NCBI GenBank assembly: GCA_023958085.1
Contig: JAMLGI010000011.1
Location: 2,904 to 66,903 of the forward strand
Direction of reading: 5' to 3'
DNA: 64,000 nucleotides
Origin: Solirubrobacterales bacterium
GTDB lineage: Bacteria > Actinomycetota > Thermoleophilia > Solirubrobacterales > 70-9
Made by a program: the position numbers and the translations under genes. The first letter of the stretch is position 1. The number at the start of each line of letters is the position of its first letter. Under the pieces are notes generated by a model. The model had not been told where the DNA came from. It ran no database searches and saw only the letters and a program-made list of their open reading frames with translations. This document shows positions 27,552-36,749 of this stretch, one piece after another.

Positions 27552-28111
27552 ACCGGCCGCTGGAGTTGATCCTGACCTCGGTCGCGCTGCTGTTCGCCGC
27601 GCCCCTGATTCTGGTTTCCGCGGTTCTGATCCGGCTCGAGGGCGGCGGCAGCGCGATCTACCGTCAGCGCCGGGTCGGGTTGAACGGCGCCGGGTTCGAG
27701 ATGCTGAAGCTGCGCACGATGATCCCCGGCTCCGATCCGGTCGGGGTCGGCACGGTGGTCACCCGGGACGACCCCCGGGTCACCCGGATCGGTCGCTGGC
27801 TCCGGCGGACCTCGCTCGACGAGCTGCCGAATCTGGTCAACGTCCTGCGGGGCGAGATGGCCCTGGTCGGACCCCGCCCGACGATCCCGGCCCAGGTCAG
27901 GGACTACACCCCACGGCAGCATCGCCGCCACGAGGTCCGGCCCGGAATCACCGGTTGGGCCCAGGTTCAGGGCCGGGCCGGAATCCCCTGGGAGGAACGG
28001 ATCGAGCTCGACGTCGAGTACGTGGATCGCCGCTCGCTCCGGCTCGATCTGACCATCCTCTTCCGGACCGTGTGGCTGGCCGCGACCGGGCAGGGTCTGG
28101 CCCCCGACTGA
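27548..28111 (+). CDS. Small polyprenyl-phosphate glycosyl-1-phosphate transferase (bacterial sugar transferase family)
   Basis: RVGLNGAGFEMLKLRTM...DELPNLVNVLRGEMALVGPRP. The ATG at 27548 forms an ATGA overlap with the upstream stop. Confidence 0.88.
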   Translation: MNRPLELILTSVALLFAAPLILVSAVLIRLEGGGSAIYRQRRVGLNGAGFEMLKLRTMIPGSDPVGVGTVVTRDDPRVTRIGRWLRRTSLDELPNLVNVLRGEMALVGPRPTIPAQVRDYTPRQHRRHEVRPGITGWAQVQGRAGIPWEERIELDVEYVDRRSLRLDLTILFRTVWLAATGQGLAPD

Positions 28112-28156
28112 TTGAGTCGCAGGGCCGCCCGCGGGAAGTACGGATAGGCTTCCCGG

Positions 28157-29068
28157 ATGCGAATTGGCGAGATCCTGCGGGAAAAGCGGCCGGTCTTCTC
28201 GGTCGAGTTCTTTCCCCCGAAAACCCCGGAGGGGCGTGAGAGCCTGCTCGAGGCGGCCCGCACCCTGGCCGGGCTGGAACTCGATTTCGTCTCGGTCACC
28301 TACGGGGCCGGCGGTTCGACCCGTGACGGGACCTTCGACATCACCACCGCGCTCAAGGACGAGATCGGCCTCGAGGTGATGGCTCACCTGAGCTGTGTCG
28401 GTGAGTCGGTGTCCGGGCTCGACACCACCCTGGGCCGACTCCGGGACGCGGGGGTGGACAACATCTTCGCCCTGCGGGGCGACCCGCCCCGGGGCCAGAC
28501 CGACTTCGTCCAGCCGGTCGGCGGGTTCGGCTCGGCGGCCGAGCTGACCGCCCACATCACCGCCAACTACCGGTTCTCGGTTGGTGGAGCCTGCTTTCCC
28601 GAGGTTCACCCCGAGGCGCCCGATCTCGACACCGACCTCAACTACCTGAAGACGAAGGTGGACGCCGGGGCCGAGTTCCTGGTCACCCAGCTCTTCTTCG
28701 ACAACCGGGTGTACTTCGATTTTGTCGAGGCGGCCCGGGCCAGGGGAATCGAGGTGCCGATCATCGCCGGGATCATCCCGGTCACCGGCTACGCCCACAC
28801 CAAACGGATCTGTGAGCTCTGCGACTCCTCGATCCCGCCGGAGCTGGAGCGGGCGATGCTGGCCGCCGAGGGCGATCCCGAGGCCGAGTTCAACCTCGGG
28901 GTGGCATACGCGGCCCAGCAGGCGGCCGAACTGCTGGCTGCCGGAGCGCCAGGCATTCACTTCTACGCGCTGAACAAGGCGCCCGCCACCCGGGCGATCC
29001 TCGGCGCCCTCCGGGCCGCCCGTCCCTGGATCACCTCGGCCGATCCTCAGTCGGCCGGGGCCCGGTAG
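28157..29068 (+). CDS. metF: 5,10-methylenetetrahydrofolate reductase
   Basis: FSVEFFPPKT, FVSVTYGAGGSTR and ALRGDPP motifs. Confidence 0.9.
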   Translation: MRIGEILREKRPVFSVEFFPPKTPEGRESLLEAARTLAGLELDFVSVTYGAGGSTRDGTFDITTALKDEIGLEVMAHLSCVGESVSGLDTTLGRLRDAGVDNIFALRGDPPRGQTDFVQPVGGFGSAAELTAHITANYRFSVGGACFPEVHPEAPDLDTDLNYLKTKVDAGAEFLVTQLFFDNRVYFDFVEAARARGIEVPIIAGIIPVTGYAHTKRICELCDSSIPPELERAMLAAEGDPEAEFNLGVAYAAQQAAELLAAGAPGIHFYALNKAPATRAILGALRAARPWITSADPQSAGAR

Positions 29069-30024
29069 GCAGGAAAGAAACCGGGGTCCGGCGGCGAACC
29101 GGCCCGGTCGTTCCGGGCCGCGGTCAGCTCCCGGCAGGCGACGGGGTCGCAGACGACCTCCGAGGTCCGGAACTGTTCCTCCCGGTTGGCGAACCCACGC
29201 TTGAAGGTCTCCAGGGCGTCTCCCGGGGTGATTCCGCCGCCGAAGCTGACCGGCAGGTCCAGCTCGGCCCCGAACCCGATCATCGCCTCGACCACGTTCT
29301 TCATCGGCGAGTCCCGCAGATGCGAGTCGGCGGTCCCGGACAGGTAGTAGTGGATCAGTCCGTCGGAGCGGGCGGCGATCGAACCGGCGGCGATCCGGCC
29401 CTCTCCGTCCCGGGCCAGCATCAGCCAGGTGCTCCCGGCGTCGAGGATCCGATCGAAGTACTCCGGGGTGAAGAAGTAGCGTTCGGCGGCGTTCGCCCGT
29501 CTCATCGTTTCGGTGTAGGCGGTGAAGAATCCGGCCCGTCGCTCCCGGTCCGTTTCGGGGCCGGGCAGGGTCTCGATCGAGTAGCCCCTTTTCAGGTTCT
29601 TGCGGATCTGCTGCCGGTCCGACATCCGGCTCTTGCGGGGCAGCGCCGGGTCGGAAAGCAGGCAGACGTTTCGCTGCGAGGTGCCGGTGAGTGGAGCCGC
29701 CCGGCCGAGGGCGTGCCGGATGAAGATAGTGACCAGCCCGGTCTCGCTGAAGTCGATCCCTTCCGGATCGAGCGGGAACGGGCCCGCTCCGGTGTCCCGT
29801 TCCTCCCGGAGCTCGAACCCCGGGTATCCGTAGGGGGAGATCGCATCCCGCCGATCGGTGTCCCCGATCTCCCGGACCAGCAGCGGCGCCGCGGCAAGCT
29901 CCCGGTCGCCGGCCGAGATGACCAGCGAGTGGGTGGTTCCCTCGGCCGCCAGGAACCCGGATGAGCGGAAGAAGTCCGACCCGCTTGCCGCGACCCCGCC
30001 GTCTGCGATCAGGCGGGCTACCAC
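29047..30024 (-). CDS. FemAB-like / GNAT-fold acyl(aminoacyl)transferase family protein
   Basis: About 325 aa with ISPYGYPG, ...IRKNLKRG... and ...YYLSG...MKN... These resemble the Acetyltransf_6/FemAB-type fold. Assignment is by motif only. Confidence 0.55.
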   Translation of the reverse strand: MVARLIADGGVAASGSDFFRSSGFLAAEGTTHSLVISAGDRELAAAPLLVREIGDTDRRDAISPYGYPGFELREERDTGAGPFPLDPEGIDFSETGLVTIFIRHALGRAAPLTGTSQRNVCLLSDPALPRKSRMSDRQQIRKNLKRGYSIETLPGPETDRERRAGFFTAYTETMRRANAAERYFFTPEYFDRILDAGSTWLMLARDGEGRIAAGSIAARSDGLIHYYLSGTADSHLRDSPMKNVVEAMIGFGAELDLPVSFGGGITPGDALETFKRGFANREEQFRTSEVVCDPVACRELTAARNDRAGSPPDPGFFPAYRAPAD

Positions 30025-30572
30025 TCGGCGATCGCCGCGTAGAACTGATCCGGGCTTACCCCCCAGATCTCCAGATCGACCAGTTCATCACCGCGCTTGA
30101 CGTGCCCGGGCATCGTCCCCTCGTGACGCCAGCCCTGGGCGGCCACCACCCGTTTCGCGGCCTCGTTGAAAGCGGGGATCCGGCCGTAAACCCGGTGGGC
30201 GCCGAACTCCCCGAAGGCCCGGTCCACCGTGAACCGTTCCGCCCAGCGGCCGATTCCCCGGCCGCGGACCTCATCACCGATCATGCAGCCGAGCTCCGGG
30301 GCGAGCTGTCCGAACAGTCCGTACAGGGCGGTAAAACCAACCGGCTGTTCGACCCCGGGAACCAGGATCGCGAACTTGCGGTCGTTGCCGCGGTTCTCGG
30401 CGGCCGCCCGGGTCCAGCCCTCCGCGTTCTCCAGGTTGAAGCTGTCGCGCTGCTCCATCAGGGTCCGGGTCGCGGCCGGATTGTTGAACCAGCGGTGTAC
30501 CGCCTCCGCATCCTCGAGCCGGAACTCCCGGATCGTGCAGGGTGGCGCTTCGGGATCCCGTTCCTCGGCCAT
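30018..30572 (-). CDS. GNAT N-acetyltransferase (RimJ/RimL-like)
   Basis: IREFRLEDAEAV...RGRGIG...FGAHRVYGRIPAFNEAAKRV...G. Overlaps the downstream FemAB-like gene by 7 nt. Confidence 0.8.
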   Translation of the reverse strand: MAEERDPEAPPCTIREFRLEDAEAVHRWFNNPAATRTLMEQRDSFNLENAEGWTRAAAENRGNDRKFAILVPGVEQPVGFTALYGLFGQLAPELGCMIGDEVRGRGIGRWAERFTVDRAFGEFGAHRVYGRIPAFNEAAKRVVAAQGWRHEGTMPGHVKRGDELVDLEIWGVSPDQFYAAIAEW

Positions 30573-30634
30573 GAGTGGATTCTAGAAGCAAGGCCTGGCT
30601 GTCGAGCGGACGACCCGGTTCGCCGCAGCCGTCG

Positions 30635-32026
30635 CTACCTGGCCCGGCGGGCGAAGATCTCGTCGATCTGTTCCAGCGACTTGCCTCTGGTTTCCGGCAC
30701 GAAGCGGAAACAGAACCAGAGGGTGAACAGGCCCACCGCCGCGTAAAGCCAGAAGGTGCCGCTCTGACCGAGCAGATCGATCAGTGGCAGGAAGGTCAGC
30801 GAGACCAGGAAGTTGAAAAACCAGTTGGTCATGGTCCCGGCCGAGGCGGCCTTGCCGCGGGAACCGAGCGGGTAGATCTCCGCGTTCAGCAGCCAGAAGA
30901 TCGGGCCGAGGCTGATTGCGAACGAGGAGACGAAAAGCATCAGGCTGAGCACCGCGATCACAGTTGAAAGCGTCTGGTCGACCCCACCGAGGAAGGCCAC
31001 GCCGAGCAGGAAGAGCGAGAGCGACATGCCGCTCACCCCGATGAAGAGCAGGGTGCGGCGACCGAGCCGGTCCAGCAACCGGAGTGCGACCACGGTCATC
31101 GCCACGTTGATGACCCCCACCCCGAGCGAGGCGAGGATCGCCGAGGAGGCGGAGCCGATCCCGGCCTGCTGGATGATCGTCGGGGCGTAGTAGATCACCG
31201 TGTTGATCCCGGTGATCTGTTGCAGGATCGCCAGCCCGAGCCCGACTACCAGTGCCGCCTTGATCGCCGGTTTCAGCAGATCGCGCCAGCTTCCGGTCGA
31301 GCTGCCGACCCCGCCCTTGATCTCGATCACTTCGGCCGCGATCGCCTCCTCTCCGGCCGGCCTGAGTCGCCGGAGCGCGACCACCGCTTCCTCCTCGCGG
31401 CCCTTCATCAGCAGCCAGCGGGGACTGGACGGCAACCGGTAGATGCCGATCCCGAGCACCAGGGCCGGGACCGCGCCGAGCCCCAACATCCAGCGCCATC
31501 CGTCGGTGACGTCGGTAAGGGCCAGTCCGACCAAGTATGCAACCAGGATCCCGACGGTGACCGCAAGTTGGAAAAAGGTGACCAGCCCGCCGCGCAGATC
31601 GGGCGGTGCGACCTCGCTGATGTAGACCGGGGCGACCGCCGAGGCCACCCCGATCGCCAGGCCGATGACCACGCGGGCACCGGCCAGAGCCCAGAACCCG
31701 GGGGCCAGCCCGGATCCGATCGCGCCGACGATGAAGGTCACCGCGGCGAGCAGGATCAGGATGCGTCGTCCGTACCGGTCGGCGCCGCTGCTGGCGAACC
31801 AGGCCCCGCCGACCGCCCCGATCGGGACCGCCCCGACCACCGCGCCCGACTGCAGGCTGGAGAGACCGAGGTCGGGGTCGATCGTGAGCAGGGCCCCGGC
31901 GATGATCCCGGTGTCGTAGCCGAACAGCAGCCCGGCCAGGCCGGCGGTGGCGGCGGTGAGAACCACGTTGCGCCGGGCCCGGGATCGTCGATGCTGATCC
32001 CGACCGGTTTCTGCTCCCGCTTCCAT
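30635..32026 (-). CDS. MFS sugar porter family transporter
   Basis: GLLFGYDTGIIAGA, GRR motifs, PESPRWL-like LPSSPRWLL and PETRGKSLEQI. Confidence 0.88.
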   Translation of the reverse strand: MEAGAETGRDQHRRSRARRNVVLTAATAGLAGLLFGYDTGIIAGALLTIDPDLGLSSLQSGAVVGAVPIGAVGGAWFASSGADRYGRRILILLAAVTFIVGAIGSGLAPGFWALAGARVVIGLAIGVASAVAPVYISEVAPPDLRGGLVTFFQLAVTVGILVAYLVGLALTDVTDGWRWMLGLGAVPALVLGIGIYRLPSSPRWLLMKGREEEAVVALRRLRPAGEEAIAAEVIEIKGGVGSSTGSWRDLLKPAIKAALVVGLGLAILQQITGINTVIYYAPTIIQQAGIGSASSAILASLGVGVINVAMTVVALRLLDRLGRRTLLFIGVSGMSLSLFLLGVAFLGGVDQTLSTVIAVLSLMLFVSSFAISLGPIFWLLNAEIYPLGSRGKAASAGTMTNWFFNFLVSLTFLPLIDLLGQSGTFWLYAAVGLFTLWFCFRFVPETRGKSLEQIDEIFARRAR

Positions 32027-32087
32027 CCTGGCGTCATTATGTTCCGGTGGGCGGACAGCGAAATGACATGTCGGGAAGGCCGGTCCG

Positions 32088-33302
32088 ATGAGGTCCCTTG
32101 GGGCCGGGGCCGCCCGGAGAGTCGCTCTCGCCGCACAGGGTTTCGGAAGGCGCCGCCCCTCCGGGCGGGTGACGATGCGTCAGCTGTCATGGCTGATCGA
32201 GCGGATCGGGCTGATCCAGATCGACTCGGTCAACGTGCTCGCCCGGGCCCACCTGATGCCGCTCTACTCCCGGTTCGGTCCGTACGACACCGGACTGCTC
32301 GACCGGGCGAGCGGCAGGCACCCGCGCCGGCTGGTCGAGTACTGGGCGCACGAAGCCTCCCTGATTCCGCCGGAAACCCGCCGGCTGCTCGGCTGGCGGA
32401 TGGAGCGGGCGGCCGAGCAGGGCTGGCCGTCGGTCCGGGCGGCATCCGAACGGCCGGAGCTGTTGGCGGCACTCGAAGCCGAGGTGGCTGCGGACGGCCC
32501 GGTCACCGCCTCCGGGGTGGCCGCCGCCTTCGGCGAGGACGGCATCGCCGGTTCAGCGAACTGGGGCTGGAACTGGTCGCCGGTGAAGAGCGGACTCGAG
32601 TTCCTGTTCTGGTCCGGCCGGATCACCTCGGCCGGCCGGACCGCCCAGTTTGAGCGCCTCTACGATCTCCCGGAACGGGTCATCCCCGGTCTCCGTGAGC
32701 TCGGACCGAACGGTCTGCCCGATGAGGCGGCCGCGATCGAGGCGCTGATCGGGATTGCCGCCCGGGCTCACGGGGTCGGCACCGCCCGCTGCCTCAGGGA
32801 CTACTTCCGGCTCCCGGCCCGCGAGGCGAATGCGGCGATCGCCAGACTGGCCGATCGGGGAGACCTGATTCCGGTTGAGTGTGAGAGCTTCACCGACCCG
32901 GTCTGGCTCGATCCCGGGGCGAGGGTTCCGCGCCGGGTGACCGGCCGGGCGCTGCTCTCCCCGTTCGATCCGCTGGTGTTCGAGCGCCGCCGGACCGAGC
33001 AGCTTTTCGGATTCCGTTACCGGCTGGAGATTTACGTTCCGGCCACGAAACGCAGGCACGGTTACTACGTGCTGCCGTTCCTGCTGGGTGAGAACCTGGT
33101 CGCCCGGGTCGACCTCAAGGCCGACAGTTCCGCCCGGGAGCTGTTGGTCCGCGCCGCCTGGGTCGAGCCGGAGGCCCCGCCGGAAACCGCGACCGAGCTG
33201 GCGGCGGAACTTGAACTGATGGCCGGCTGGCTCGGGCTCGAACGGATCGTGGTCGAACCGTTCGGGGACCTCGCGGCGGAGCTCGCCGAGGTGACCGGAT
33301 GA
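32088..33302 (+). CDS. YcaQ/AlkZ-like winged-helix DNA-binding protein (interstrand-crosslink glycosylase family)
   Basis: ...GLIQIDSVNVLARAH....Y....EYWAHEAS...RHGYYVLPFL.. pattern. Confidence 0.7.
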   Translation: MRSLGAGAARRVALAAQGFGRRRPSGRVTMRQLSWLIERIGLIQIDSVNVLARAHLMPLYSRFGPYDTGLLDRASGRHPRRLVEYWAHEASLIPPETRRLLGWRMERAAEQGWPSVRAASERPELLAALEAEVAADGPVTASGVAAAFGEDGIAGSANWGWNWSPVKSGLEFLFWSGRITSAGRTAQFERLYDLPERVIPGLRELGPNGLPDEAAAIEALIGIAARAHGVGTARCLRDYFRLPAREANAAIARLADRGDLIPVECESFTDPVWLDPGARVPRRVTGRALLSPFDPLVFERRRTEQLFGFRYRLEIYVPATKRRHGYYVLPFLLGENLVARVDLKADSSARELLVRAAWVEPEAPPETATELAAELELMAGWLGLERIVVEPFGDLAAELAEVTG

Positions 33303-34201
33303 CCGGGGCGGAAGGACTCGACCTCCGGTTTCCCGATCGGGATCCCGGCGCCGGCCCCGGCCGTTACGCGCCCAGCCCGACCGGGGAACTGCATCTCGGC
33401 AACCTGCGGACGGCCCTGGCCGCCTGGGCGGCCGCCCGCGGTCGGGGGGCCTCCTTCCTGGTGCGGATCGAGGATCTCGATTCGGGCCGTTCCCGTGAGG
33501 AGTGGATCGAGTCCCAGCTCGGGGATCTGGAGGCGATCGGAATCGAGTGGGACGGTGAGCCGGTCCGTCAGAGCGAACGCCACCGGCTCTACGAGGGCGC
33601 GATCGAGCGGCTGCGGGAGCAGGGGCTGCTCTACGAGTGCTTCTGCACCCGGGCCGAGATCCGGGCGGCCGCTTCGGCTCCGCATGGCGAAATGCCGGAG
33701 GGCATCTACCCGGGAACCTGCCGGAGTCTGACCGAAGCCGGACGCGAAGCCCGCCGCCGGGCCGGCCGGCCGCCGGCGCTCAGGGTGCGGGCGGAGGAGG
33801 CCCGGGTCGGGTTCGAGGACACCCTCTGCGGCCGGATCGAACGGACCGTGGACGACTTCGTGATCCGCAGAAACGACGGGGACTTCGCCTACAACCTGGC
33901 CGTCACCGTGGACGACGCCGACCAGGGGATCGCCGAGGTGGTCCGCGGGGCGGATCTGCTCGACACCACCCCCCGTCAGCTCTGGCTCTACGACCGGCTG
34001 GACCTGACCCCGCCGGCCCGATTCACCCACGTGCCGCTGATGCTGGGTGAGGACGGAGCCCGCCTGGCCAAACGCCACGGAGCGGTAACCCTGAGCGAGC
34101 AGCTCGCAAGGGGCCGGACCGCCGAGCAGATCCGCAGGGAGCTCGCCACTTCGATCAACCTCGACCTCCCACCACCCGAGGGTGGGTCGGACAACGCCTG
34201 A
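33299..34201 (+). CDS. gluQ: Glutamyl-Q tRNA(Asp) synthetase
   Basis: GRYAPSPTGELHLGNLRTAL, truncated GluRS catalytic core without an anticodon-binding domain, and a KRHG-type LAKRHGA motif. Confidence 0.85.
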   Translation: MTGAEGLDLRFPDRDPGAGPGRYAPSPTGELHLGNLRTALAAWAAARGRGASFLVRIEDLDSGRSREEWIESQLGDLEAIGIEWDGEPVRQSERHRLYEGAIERLREQGLLYECFCTRAEIRAAASAPHGEMPEGIYPGTCRSLTEAGREARRRAGRPPALRVRAEEARVGFEDTLCGRIERTVDDFVIRRNDGDFAYNLAVTVDDADQGIAEVVRGADLLDTTPRQLWLYDRLDLTPPARFTHVPLMLGEDGARLAKRHGAVTLSEQLARGRTAEQIRRELATSINLDLPPPEGGSDNA

Positions 34202-34243
34202 CGTGGTGATCGCCGACCATCCCGGATCGGTTTAATCCGCCGG

Positions 34244-34711
34244 GTGGGTCGATCGAAAAAGACCAGCGCCGGGTTGATCCTCTTTCGACGGACCGGGAGC
34301 GGCCTCGAGGTCCTGATCGCGCACATGGGCGGACCGTTCTGGGCGAACCGCAAGCGGCCCTGGTCGATCCCGAAGGGGGAGTACGGCCCGGACGAGGATC
34401 CGCTGGACTGTGCCCGGCGGGAGTTCGAGGAGGAGACCGGCCACGTCGCCCCGGACGGGGAGCCGATCCCGTTGGGTGAGATCATTCAGAAGTCCGGTAA
34501 ACGGGTGCTCGCCTGGGCGCTGGAGGGGGACCTCGATCCAGCCAGGCAGTTCAGCAACCGGATCGAGATCGAGTGGCCACCCCGGTCCGGCAGGCGAATC
34601 GAGATCCCCGAGGTCGACCGGGTCGAGTGGGTGACACCAGAAGTCGCAAGGCAGAGGGTGATCGCCGCCCAGGCCGAGCTGTTCGATCGGCTGGCCGCCC
34701 GGCTGACCTGA
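34244..34711 (+). CDS. NUDIX hydrolase
   Basis: Nudix box GEYGPDEDPLDCARREFEEETG. Confidence 0.8.
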   Translation: MGRSKKTSAGLILFRRTGSGLEVLIAHMGGPFWANRKRPWSIPKGEYGPDEDPLDCARREFEEETGHVAPDGEPIPLGEIIQKSGKRVLAWALEGDLDPARQFSNRIEIEWPPRSGRRIEIPEVDRVEWVTPEVARQRVIAAQAELFDRLAARLT

Positions 34712-34760
34712 TCGGGTGGCCCCGGCGCTACTGTGCGGGTCGGCTACGGTTTGAACAGTA

Positions 34761-36575
34761 ATGGGAGCGGGAAAGGCGATCACGAGGGGCGTCCCGATCG
34801 GCCGCCGGGCCGGGATCGCAGCCGCCTGCCTGATTCTGGTCGGCCTGGCTGCCTTGGTGCTGCCCCACCCCGCGCTCGCCGCGAACACCACCTTTGTGGA
34901 CTGTCTGGCGCCGACCCCCGGCGACGGGTCGGAGTCAAACCCGTTGAACTCGCTGGCACAAGCGAATGCGGTCACCCTCGATCCGGGGGACACGTTGCTG
35001 CTGAAGCGCGGGACCACCTGCAGCGGCACCTTCGCTCCGCAGGGCGGCGGTAGCCCCGGCACCCCGGCCACGATCGGGGCCTACGGCTCCGGACCGCTGC
35101 CAAAGATCATCGGCACCGGTCCCGGCGCGGTCAACCTCATCGATCTGAGCAACCTGACGGTCGAGGATCTGGACGTCTCAAACCCGGGGTCCGCCAGCCC
35201 GCCGGTTCCGGGAGGAGACATCCGCAACGGCGTCACGATCCGGGCCTCGGCCGGCACGGTCGGAAACGTGACCGTGCGCCGCCTCAGGATCCACGACGTC
35301 GGCGGGGACCTGACCAAGAACCCGCAGGGCAGCGCCGGCATCCTCGCCACCGTGACCGGGCCCCCACCGGCCAGGTTCAGCGGACTCACGATCGAAGACA
35401 ACGACCTGAGTGCGATCTCCCGCTCCGGGATCTCGATCTACGGCACCAATGCCGACAACCGTCCCGCCGCCACCGATCCCTGGCCGGAGGCCTCGACCGG
35501 GGTTCTGGTCCGAGGCAACCGGATCGACCGTTTCGCCGGTGACGGGATCGTGCCTCGCGGTACCGACGGGGCGATCGTCGAAGGCAACGTGCTGAGCAAC
35601 GGGAGCCTGTCCGGACGGAAGCTCGGGCATCCGGACGGCGAGGTGTGCAACGCCGGGATCTGGGCCTTCCGGGCCAACAACACGCTGATCCAGAACAACG
35701 AGGTTTCCGGGATGAGGGCCGGCTGTGACGGCACCGGCTTCGATCTCGACTACAACCAGGACGGCACGATCATCCAGCACAACTTCAGCCACGACAACGA
35801 GGGCGGTTTCGTGCTGCTCTGCGCCGACACCGGCCGCCGCGGAGACGTCCGCTTCAACCTCAGCCTGAACGATGCCTCGACGATCAACCACGGTCCCTGC
35901 GCCGGCCATTTCGGGGATCTCGGCGGGATCCGCTTCTTCAACAACACGATCGTTGCCCCCGCACCGAACGCCTCGATGCAGCTGGTGATCCAGAACCGGA
36001 TCCAGCTCGCCGGCAGCTTCGAGTTCCGCAACAACCTGGTCTACGCGACCACCAGGCAGAGCGCGCCACTGCCCTGCGGGGATTTCTGTTCCAACAACCT
36101 GTTCTTCAACCTGCCCGCCTCGGGCAGCGCCGCGATCACCGCAAACCCGCGGCTGGTCGACCCAGCCCGGACCGGCACCGGTCGCCTCACGGTCGGGCCG
36201 GCCTTCCGTCTGACCGCAAGCTCCCCGGCTCGCGGTGCCGGGCTGTCGATGCCGGACCCCGGCATCACCGACTACTTCGGCAACCCGCTCGGCGGGACCG
36301 GCCGACCGGCGATCGGTTTCGATCAGACCCCGGCCGCCAAACCGAAGCCGAGGAAACCGAGCCGGGCCTGCCTCAAGGCCAGGAAGGCCGAGCGCAAGGC
36401 GACCGGCAGGCTGAGGGCAGCCAGACGGACCCTGAAACGGCTGAAACGCCTCCGGGCCACCCGCAAGAAGGTCCGCAAGGCCGCCCGCAAGGTCAGCATC
36501 CGGAAACGGGAAAAGGCCAAGCGGTCCCGCATCACCCGCAGGACCTGCCGAACCCGATCGGGTCGATGGAGCTAG
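34761..36575 (+). CDS. Secreted right-handed parallel beta-helix protein with an 81-aa Lys/Arg-rich C-terminal tail
   Basis: Signal peptide ending ALAAN, with repeated N/G-rich beta-helix rungs (IEDNDL, VRGNRI, VEGNVL, IQNNEV, IQHNFS). The last 81 residues contain 38 K/R by my count. The stop TAG at 36573-75 lies inside the tRNA-Ala gene on the opposite strand. Confidence 0.7.
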   Translation: MGAGKAITRGVPIGRRAGIAAACLILVGLAALVLPHPALAANTTFVDCLAPTPGDGSESNPLNSLAQANAVTLDPGDTLLLKRGTTCSGTFAPQGGGSPGTPATIGAYGSGPLPKIIGTGPGAVNLIDLSNLTVEDLDVSNPGSASPPVPGGDIRNGVTIRASAGTVGNVTVRRLRIHDVGGDLTKNPQGSAGILATVTGPPPARFSGLTIEDNDLSAISRSGISIYGTNADNRPAATDPWPEASTGVLVRGNRIDRFAGDGIVPRGTDGAIVEGNVLSNGSLSGRKLGHPDGEVCNAGIWAFRANNTLIQNNEVSGMRAGCDGTGFDLDYNQDGTIIQHNFSHDNEGGFVLLCADTGRRGDVRFNLSLNDASTINHGPCAGHFGDLGGIRFFNNTIVAPAPNASMQLVIQNRIQLAGSFEFRNNLVYATTRQSAPLPCGDFCSNNLFFNLPASGSAAITANPRLVDPARTGTGRLTVGPAFRLTASSPARGAGLSMPDPGITDYFGNPLGGTGRPAIGFDQTPAAKPKPRKPSRACLKARKAERKATGRLRAARRTLKRLKRLRATRKKVRKAARKVSIRKREKAKRSRITRRTCRTRSGRWS

Positions 36576-36639
36576 CCGGAGTCGAACCGGCGACCTCTTG
36601 GGTGCGATCCAAGCGCTCTGCCAACTGAGCTATAGCCCC
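36567..36639 (-). tRNA. tRNA-Ala (anticodon CGC)
   Basis: The reverse complement folds as a cloverleaf, GGGGCTA/TAGCTCC, with the G3:U70 Ala identity pair. Anticodon loop ATCGCAC, T-arm GCCGG-TTCGACT-CCGGC. CCA is not encoded. Confidence 0.9.
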
Positions 36640-36749
36640 GCGTGGGGAGAAGGATACGGGGTCCCGGCGGCAAATTGAGGTTAGGTAATGCCGCAACCGC
36701 CCCTAAACCCCGTAGTCTGTCCGCGAACCGTCTAGCTGATTAGGCACCA

